A stretch of 64,000 nt of DNA from Haplodiscus bocki (taxonomy: Eukaryota). The position numbers were made by a program, and so were the translations under genes. Positions 1 to 9,200 of this stretch are shown piece by piece. How positions within the stretch are numbered: position 1 is the first letter of the stretch; every line of letters starts with the position of its first letter. The stretch covers positions 52,266,001-52,330,000 of the forward strand of contig OZ296650.1 in NCBI GenBank assembly GCA_965655095.1, read 5' to 3'. Below the pieces are notes generated by a model. The model had not been told where the DNA came from. It was given only the letters and a program-made list of their open reading frames with translations, and made no database searches.

Positions 1-635
1 TTTCACTCAGTGTCCCAATTTCTCAACAACTTCCCAGACTTACTTCTCTTTACTTCTTTAGTTTTCTAGAATGACCGTTGAAACTTGACTGAATTTTTCG
101 TTGACAACTCTCAAGTGCTTTTGAACAATTAAACTCTCCTGAAAGCTGGAAAATATTCTCTTGCAAGTAACAAGTTACAAAGCATCCTACAAGCAAATTT
201 AACCCCAGTTATCTACCCATTGATCCTTGTTGCTTCCATTGAGTGTACGAATTCTTCTATTTTGACCGGTAAGAACACAAATTGTACTACTTTCAATTTA
301 TGTGGTTCAAGTCGGTTGGGTTAATATCTATAAATCAAAGCGGCTTCCTGTCACAAACTAAGTCCAATTTATTCAAACATTAATCAACCATTTAGTCTCT
401 CCACGCTTTTTTTGCTGTACGTTGATCGTTTCTTGCCTCAAACCACTTTCGGAACTGTTTTAGAAACTTCATACTCGTGAATTATCCGGCTGAAACTGTT
501 GCATGATGATTGATTTACAGAATTTCCTTTTATTGAATTGGTTTTAGATTTGCGCCCACATAAGTACAAGTTGTTATTAGGCTGTCTGTTTGTAATTTAG
601 TCAGGTCAATTTTTCATTGTTCTTCCATTGAAACG

Positions 636-905
636 TAATACTCGATTCTGATTGGCTGCCGACAACGTTGCGCAAAAACCAACAGCAGTTTATTTAGATC
701 GGCCGTAATTCGACAATGTACTAAGGCAGTGTATAGCTCAGCAAAGTTTTAATGTTGCGTATACCTCAACAATGTGATAAGATTAAATATAGCTCAGCAA
801 AGTAAAAAAGTTGGGGGATAGCTTAACAATGTAATAAAGCAGGCTTTAGAAAAAGCGTACACTTTCCACTATTGTATTAGGACAGGATACACTTCGGTAA
901 CATAA
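636..905 (-). repeat. Decayed inverted copy of the minisatellite plus CCAAT-motif module found at 3290-3610
   Basis: 641-662 (ctcgattctgattggctgccga) is the exact reverse complement of 3543-3564. 709-840 and 871-905 (gtatagctcagcaaagt, gtatacctcaacaatgtgataag, attgtattaggacaggatacacttcggtaa) are degenerate reverse complements of the 28-bp unit ccgaactataccctatcttaatacatt. Confidence 0.75.
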
Positions 906-2432
906 CTTTGTATGGTATGGATTTGGGTGTCTGAGTCAAAAAATTGAGCTAAGACTGGGCTTTTTTGGCAAAAACTGAGTGTATGAATCCGTCAATGTAT
1001 TAGTAGGTGCAATCCGAGTCGATTTTGTTCCAGTATGTATTCTGATAGCGTGTAGAGCCGCTCGCCTCAACTTTTCGCCCACCTTCCTGCATATACTCTC
1101 CGCTTTTTTTGGCATTCAAATTAGGAGAAGCCGTAAAACACATAAGTTCATCAATTAGTTTTGAGCAAATTGCTAACAGAAGTAAAAAAAGTGGTTGTTC
1201 CGGGTTCCTGTTCTTTGACTTTCAAACGAAGACTCCTGTCACAATCATTTTGTATGCTTGCTTCTACTCAAACTGACTGACTTGTGTAGAAAAACCCAAA
1301 GAAAGCCTGAAAACACAGTTTATCAGTCAACTTTCACAAATTTGTTGTGCTGTCTTACAGCTATGCAGACTATGCAGAGTCTGTTGCTGTGCGTTTAAAC
1401 CATTTTTGTTAGTTGAGTGACTCTTCGACGCAAAATACTGCTTATTGGTCATGCTGTAACGCAAAACTGTGTTTTTGTAGATTTTCAATCAGAAGAAACT
1501 AAAAGCAATTCCCATGAATATTTGATCAGACATGTTAAAGAGACAAAAGTCATGAAAATCCTTATGCCATTTAGAACAAACTTCAACTACAGGGTATTTA
1601 TATCTGACTGTTTGATTGAGATCTGTAACACTAAAACAATCACTTTTGGTTATCAGAACCAATTTTTCTCACAATTGAGCTTCAAGTTACATTTAGCATG
1701 AAAAGCATTTGATTTCCTACTGTGAGTATAGGGACCAGGAGTGATGATGGTAAACATCGGAACAAGAGTTGCGCCGGCGAACATTGCTTCTTCTGGTTCA
1801 AGAAATGCGGCTTTAACAGAACGTTAAATGTTGCAATACACAACATTATCTATAAAATACCATCATTGTACATTGAGCGAAAAAAAACCCAAATTTTTAC
1901 ATTGTTAGACGTCCTTGCTTGAGTCTGAATACATTGCGCGGATCAGAAACAACACTTAATCCCGGATTTTTTAACAAAAGCTATTGATAATACGCTGCAA
2001 ACGTGTGTTGACGTAGCAAGTCAGTACCTGCAGGTGCACAATACAGGCACAGACGTGAAAATTTATCTTTTTTGTAGTCTAAATCAATATAAATGTGCAG
2101 GTTATTTATTGTTTTTGTTTGCATTTGTTCTCTCTAACTAACTTTTTCGACTAAAACATCAATATTTTTACATTGCATTAGGTTAAAATAGTACCCGCAG
2201 GCTCAACAGCAAGTGATTGACAGCTCGTGCAGTTTTTGTTTTCATGGCATAGTCTTCCTTTTATGGCTGGTTTTTCTTTTTGTATTCTTTCCATATAGGG
2301 TTTATTAGGAGACAAGACATGCTACAGATTTTTCGCCATCTTACTTTTTGCGGTTCTACAGTCAAGTTGCTACAGTCTTTACATTTGTTTGAGATTTTCC
2401 TGTTAAATTACTGTTCGGCCGGGGTTACCGGG

Positions 2433-2684
2433 CTATATCCTATCTTAATACTTTGCAAAACTGACTCCTATCTTAATACATTACCAAACTAAACCCTACC
2501 TTGATACATTACCGAACTTCTACCTATCCTAATGCATTACCGAACTATACCCTATCTTAATACATTACCCAACTAAAACCAATCCTAATACTTTACCAAA
2601 CTTTATACTATCTTAATACTTTACTGAACTATAACCAATCCTAATATATTACCAAACTTTACCCTATCTTAATACACTGTCGAA
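2433..2684 (+). repeat. 28-bp minisatellite, 9 tandem copies (consensus ccgaactataccctatcttaatacatta)
   Basis: The core tatcttaata or its variants recurs at 2441, 2469, 2497, 2525, 2553, 2581, 2609, 2637 and 2665, an exact 28-bp period. Further 28-29-bp copies occur at ~2830-2932, ~3295-3500 and ~3615-3730. Confidence 0.95.
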
Positions 2685-3014
2685 GTATCTTTTCACATTG
2701 AATTAAGTCAGAACAGTATCCGCAGGCGTAAAAGTTAACCACATCCGTCGTAATTAGTCCACGCGACGGGGGACCAGGGAAAAATTTCGAAAAAGTCTCA
2801 CAGTGCCGAAAATGAGTCAATCATCCCACTCCCTATCTTTGTACATGGAGCCGAACTATACCCTATCTTAATACATTGCCGAACTGTACGCCATCTTTAT
2901 ATATTGAGCCGAACTATACTCTATTTTAATACTAATTAAGTACGCAAAATACATACCTTTGCAGCTAATCTGAAAGCGACGGAACAATTTTAATTCCCGA
3001 TGCGACGATTACTA

Positions 3015-3095
3015 GCTCCCGTGGCGCCGTGGATGAGACCGCAGGCCGAATTTACTTTTCCATTCCGTCCGCGCAGGTTGGAATCCCCGTAGGAG
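3015..3095 (+). other. tRNA-like / SINE-head-like segment with Pol III A- and B-box matches
   Basis: tggcgccgtgg (3022-3032) is one mismatch from the A box TGGCNNAGTGG. ggttggaatcc (3076-3086) is one mismatch from the B box GGTTCGAATCC. Flanking ctcc/ggag could pair. No convincing full cloverleaf. Confidence 0.35.
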
Positions 3096-3152
3096 ACCTC
3101 ATCCTTTTCGAACCCCCACTTCTGCTCACACTATACTACTTAGGGGAAAACC

Positions 3153-3225
3153 TATCCAGTGGCGTAAAAAAATATACGGCGGCGAAATAATTATCCAGGG
3201 GCGGAATAATCATCCGGGTCGGCGC
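3153..3225 (+). repeat. Short 19-20-bp tandem repeat, about 4 degenerate copies
   Basis: tatccagtggcgtaaaaaaa (3153), tatacggcggcgaaataat (3173), tatccaggggcggaataat (3192), catccgggtcggcg (3211). Confidence 0.65.
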
Positions 3226-6200
3226 GGGTGGACCGAAATCTCGATAAAAAATTTATCGAAAAAATATCACAGTTCGGAAAATTGTCGCACAGTACCGAAA
3301 GTACCTTATTCCGTATCTTAATACATTGCGGGACCATTCCATATCCTTATACGTTACATCATTTTGATACATTGCAGTCCTTTCTTAATATCTTGTTCCA
3401 TACCTTAATACCTTGCCGAAACTATACCCTATCTTAACACATTGCTGAAAATATACCCTATCTTAATACATCGCCGAAACTATACCCTATCTTAATACAT
3501 TAAAAAAGAAAAACCCAAGTTTAACCCAAAACCAACTTCTTTTCGGCAGCCAATCAGAATCGAGCGAAAAAAACCCTAAAACCTCGTCAACCAATCATAA
3601 TCGAGTATCACAGTGCCGAAACATACCCTATCTTAATACATTGCCGAAACATACACGCTCTTAATACATGGGTGGGGGACCTTTCTCGGTTCTGGGCACG
3701 AGTCGGCTGCTATAGCCCATCTTAATACATGGAGGGTCCCCCACCCCCCGTCTGATCAGCTCACAGTCTTACTACTCCGGACTTCTTTCATGCTGAATTT
3801 CATATTTGCTAATCAATTCATACTTGATTTCTTCTATTGGGATCTCAAAACAAATCAATCTACACATTTTTAGGTTTTAAAGTATGATTCAATACAAAAC
3901 TTACTTGTTTTTACGTTCAATGAAATTGCGTATATTCCGAAAGAAACAAATGTGCTGTTTTTTTGCTTAATTCGAACCTCAAAAAGAAATCTGACCGTAG
4001 TTGGCCACTTGGTTCCCATCATGAAGTTTTTGTTCGAAAAACGTTCATACTGTTGGAAGGATTTGGTTGGAGAATGCTTTCTTTCGATCTTTGCTTCAGA
4101 AGTATGGTAGCCCGGAAAATGCCAAAAATTATGGTAATAGAAGAAAAACTCGAAATGGACAATCATACTGGTCCATTACTACAAGTTTGACTTCATTCAT
4201 GAAAGTCTCAATCAAGAATCTCAACTTTGAGAAGGAGAGTTAAGTTGAAACGTCATTCATGTTGATCATTGCTTCAAAATCACGGCAGCCCAATGGATTC
4301 AAAAGTTCTACCAACATCCTTCCTTTCCATTTCTAAACTCGTCTTTTTTCATCACTGCCAGTTTGATTTATTGTAGAAAGGAACCGATCGGGAACTTTAC
4401 CGTTTCGGAAGAGATTTCCGACAAAATTTTGTTCCTTTTGATCGATGAATCAAAATCTCGAAAGTCCAAACATGGAACTGGCTACTAATTTCGATTTAAC
4501 GCGGAACTCAATCTCACATTTCTCAGTAACTACAGGTTTCATTTCCTCCCTGAACAAGTCTGTCGGCAATTCCAGTTGTCAGGGGGACTTTGGACTGCGG
4601 AGTTCTTCCTGGTTGATCCTTGCATGAATTGGCTGACACTGCATAAAATCCAAATTGTGTTGGTTTTTATTATCTATATTGAAGCTCAAACATAACCTTC
4701 CCCAGAAATAAAGGTTCGATTTCTTCGTTGAAAAACTCCATTGGTTTTCTCAATTTTGTATGAGAAGATTCTACTGAAATTCTGTTCATTATGGTCTCTG
4801 TTTCAATAATTTGATTGAATAAAAAATCAAAAAACTGCTTGTAAAGAAAACACTCTCTTGACATTGACAATCATAACAATCCGTCAGTGCAAGCTTGATT
4901 TCTTATATGAAAGTCTCATTGGAAAACTCTATTTGTTATTTTTGTGCTGGCGAATTCGATTGTCAAAGTTTTCACTTTGATCTTTGCATCCACACTGTGC
5001 TCGTCCAATGGATCCAAAACTTCTGTCTGTCAGAATCTTGATTGTTCAATGGAAACAAAACTATTTCTATTTCCGGACTTTCTCCTTGCTGAAAATCTTA
5101 TTTCGTAATTAATTCAGATTTGATTTCTTCTTTTAAGATATCAATACCGTTTTATACTTTTTTAAAGAATAGTAAAATATATAACTTACTTGTTTTTGCT
5201 TTGAAAGAAATTGCGTATACTCCGAAAAAAAAACAAATGTGCTGATTTTATTTGTTTATCTCGAACGTCAAAATGAAATCAGACCGTTGTTGGCCATCTG
5301 GTTTCCACCATGAAATTTTTGTTCAAAAAGTGTTCACATTTTTGGGAGAAATTGTTTGGAGAGTCGCCTTTTTCGATCTTCCCATCAAACGTGTGACTGT
5401 CCGAAAAATCCCAAAAACTATGGTACAAAAGGAACAACTCGAAATAGACAATCATGTTTCTGCATATCTACGAGTTTGACTTCATTCAAGAAAGTCTGAA
5501 TCGAAAATCTCAATTTAGAGAAGGAGCAGAGTTAGAATGAAAATTCATTCATATTGGTCATTGCTCCAACATCTTGGTAGTCCAATGGATTTAACACTTC
5601 AATCAACATCTTTCCTTCCATGTCTAACCTCGACTTTTTTCATTACTGCCAATTTGATTAACTGTATAAAAGAATCAATCGTGTTTTTACCGTTTCGGAA
5701 GACATTTACAACAAATCAGTTCCTTTTGATCGATGAATCAAAATCTCGAAGGTCCAAACGTCCAAGCGAAACTCAATCTCACATTTCTCCGTTACTACAG
5801 GTTTCTTTTCTTTTCTAATCAACTCCATCGGCAACTCCATTTTGGAAAGGGAATTTTGATTTCGGAGTTCATTCAAGTTGATCCTTGTACGAATTGGCTG
5901 ACACTACGAAAAGTCCAACTTGTGTTACATTTTATAGTCTAGCTCGATGCTCAAACCTAACCTTTTCCAAAACTACAGGTTTGATTTCTTCGTTGAGAAA
6001 CTCAATCGGTTTTCCCAAATCTGTATGAGAGGATTCGACTGAAACTCTTTTCAATATGGTCCCTGCTTCAATATTTTGATTCACCCAAAAAACCAAAAAT
6101 TGCTAGTAATGAAAATCTATCTCGACATTGACAGTCATAGTTATCGGTCAGTACAAGCCTAATTTATTGCTTGAAAGTCGCAATGGAAAACTCTAGTTTT

Positions 6201-9200
6201 ATACTGGCGAATTCGATTGTCAAAAAGTTAACTTTGATCCTTGCATTCAATTTTTGATAATCCAAGGGGTCAAAACTTTCTCTCTGTCAAGTTCTTGATT
6301 GTTCAAGGGAGACGAAATTTCTTTTAACTCAAGAACTTATCCTTGGTGAAACCCATATTTCCTAATCGTTTCAGATTTGATTTCTTCTGTTGAGAGCTCA
6401 ATACAAAATTATAATTTTTCACAGAATGATTCAAAAGATAACTACTTGTTTTTACTTTGAATGTAAATGCGTAGACTCCAAAAAAAAACAAATGTGCGTT
6501 TTCAACTTGTTTATCTCGAACCTCAAGAGAAACTCTGACCATAGTTGTCCATCTGGTTTCCACCATAAAGTTTTTGTTCGAAAAGTGTTCATATTTTTGG
6601 AAGGACTTGGTGGGAGATTCCCCTTTTTTGATCTTTGCAAGAGTGACAGACCGGAAAAGCCAAAAAAATATGGTAGAAAAAAAATAACTCGAAATGAACC
6701 ATCACACCTGTACATAACTACAAATTTGACTCCATTCATGAAAGTCTCAATCAAAAATTTCAAGTTTGAAGAGAAGAGTTAGATTAGAAAATCCTTCATG
6801 TTGATCATTGCTCCAAAATCTCGGCAGTACAATGGATTCAAAACTTCTACCAACAGTGTTTCTTTTCCATGTCTTAACTCGACGTTTTTCATTACTGCCA
6901 GTTTGATTAACTGTATAAAGGAATCAATCGTGTTTTTTCCGTTTCGGAAGACATTTACAACGAAGTCAGTTTCTTTTGATCAATGAATCAAAATCTCGAA
7001 GGTCCAAACATGGAAAATGGTTACCTATTTCGATTTACCGCGAAACTCAATCTCACATTTTCCCGTAACTACAAGTTTCAATTTTTCCCTAATCAACTCC
7101 GTCGGCAACTCCATTTTGGAAAGAGAATTTTGATTTCTTCGTTGAGAAACTCAATCGGTTTTTCCCAAATCTGTATGAGAGGGTTCGACTGAAATTCTTT
7201 CCAATATGGTCCCTGCTTCAATATTTTGATTCACCCGAAAAACCAAAAATTGCTAGTAATGAAAAGCTATCTCGACCTTGACAGTCCTAGTTATAGGTCA
7301 GTACAAGCTTGTTTTCCTCTATGAAACTCTCACTGGAAAACTCTAGTTTTGTGCTGGCGAATTCGATTGTTAAAAAGTTAACTTTGATCCTTGCATTCAA
7401 ATTTTGATAGTCCAATGGGTCAGAAGATTCTCTCTGTCAAAAAATCGTTTTTTCAAGAGGAACAAACCTTCATTCAAGTCAAAACTTTCTGCGTGTTGAA
7501 AGTAATATTTCCTAATCAATTCAGATTTGATTCCTTCTACTGAGATCTCAAAACAAATTTTGATTTTGTAACGAAGGATTCAATAGGTAATTTACCTGTT
7601 GTTACTTTGATTGAAATAGCGTATACTCCGAAAAAAAACAAATGTGTTGTTTTTAGTTCTTTATCTCGAATCTCAATATAAAATCTGTCCGTAGTTGGAC
7701 GTTTTGTTTTAACCATGACGTTCCCGCTCGAAAAAAATTGAAACTTTTGGAGGGATTTGTTTGGGAAATCCCCTTTTTTGATCTTTGCATCGGAAGTATG
7801 ACAGTCCGAAAGATGTCAAAAATTATGGTAACAAAGAAATAACTCGAAACGGACAATCATACTTCTCCATAACTACAAGTTTGACTTCATCCATGAAAGT
7901 CTCAATCAAAGATCTCAATTTTGAGGAAGAGAGTTATATTGAAAGTTCATTCAAGTTGATCATTTCTTCAAAATCTCGGCAGTTCAATGGATTTAAATCT
8001 TTTACCTACATCGTTTCTTTTCCATGTCTAAATTCAATCTTTTTCATCATTGCCAGTTTGGTTTACTTTGTAAACGAATCAATCGGGAACTTTAACATTT
8101 TAGAAGAGATTTCCAATAAAATTTCTTTTCTTTTGACCAGTGATTCAAAATCTCGGAAGTCCAAACATGGGACTTGGCTACTCATTCGATATACCTCCAA
8201 AGTCAATCTCCTATTTCTCCATAACTGCAGATTTCATTTCATCCCTAATCAACTCCGACGGCAACTCCACTTTTCACGGGGACTTTGGAGTTCAATCTGG
8301 TTGATCCCTGCATAAATTGGCTGACACTACGAAAAATCGAATGTCTGTTACCTTTTACTATCAATCTCGAAGCCCAAACAAAACCTTCTCCAAAAACATA
8401 GGTTCGATTTCTCCGTTGAAGAACTCAATCTGTTTTCCCATTTTTGTATGAGATGTTTCGACGGAATTTTTCTTCACTATGGTCCCTGCTTCAATATTTT
8501 GATTGATCAAAAAACCAGAAACCGCCTATAATGAATAAAATGTCTCGACATTGACATTCATAAATATGCGTCAGCCCAAGCTTGTTTTCGTCTACTAAAG
8601 TCTAATTGGAAAACTTTAGTTTTGTGCCGCCGAAATCAATTGCCAAATTTTCCCTTTGATCCTAGCATCCAAACTCGAACTTTGATCGTCCACTGCATTA
8701 AAACCTTCTTTCTGTCATGTTCTTGATTGTTCAATGGAAACAAAAAGTCTTTTAATTCAAGAACTTATCTTTGGTGAAACTCATGTTTCCTAATCCATTT
8801 AGGTTTGATTTTCTCTACTGGGATCTCAAAACAAATTTTTGTTTTTGTAAAGAATGATTCAATACAAAAATTGCGTGTTGTTACTTTGATTGAAATAGTG
8901 TATACTCCGAAAAAAGACAAAGGTGCTGTTTTTGATTGTTTATCTCGAATCCCAAAATAAAGTCTGTCCGTAGTTGGACATTTCGTTTCAACCATGAAGT
9001 TTCTGATCGAAGAACTTTGAAATTTTTGGAAGAATTCGTTTCGAAAATCTCCTTTTTTGATTTTTGCATCAGAAGTGTGACAGTCCGAGAAATCTCAAAA
9101 ATTTTGCTAATAAAGAAATAACTCGAAATGGACAGTCATACTTCTACATAATTAAAATTTTGACTCCAACCATGAAAAACTCAATCAAAGATCTCAATTT

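Larger units (their letters stand above)
2430..3776. mobile_element. Putative terminal repeat (end) of a Polinton/Maverick-like DNA element; no coding part in the window
   Basis: Ends sharply in ...cagtcttACTACT (3771-3776; 5'-AGTAGT on the minus strand), immediately followed by satellite sequence. It is internally built of minisatellites, repeated cacagt(g/a)ccgaaa motifs, two ccaatca(g/t)aatcgag motifs and a GC-rich subterminal inverted repeat. The inner boundary is uncertain, and no integrase or pPolB is seen. Confidence 0.5.

Noticed and set aside
1417-2492. ORFs 1417-1701, 1722-1922 and 2280-2492 as exons or genes
   Set aside because: They are short, begin with non-ATG starts and show no recognisable motifs. 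Small exons cannot be excluded without transcript data.
2433-2684. CRISPR array (28-bp repeats)
   Set aside because: The repeats are directly adjacent with no unique spacers, they are degenerate, and there are no cas genes.
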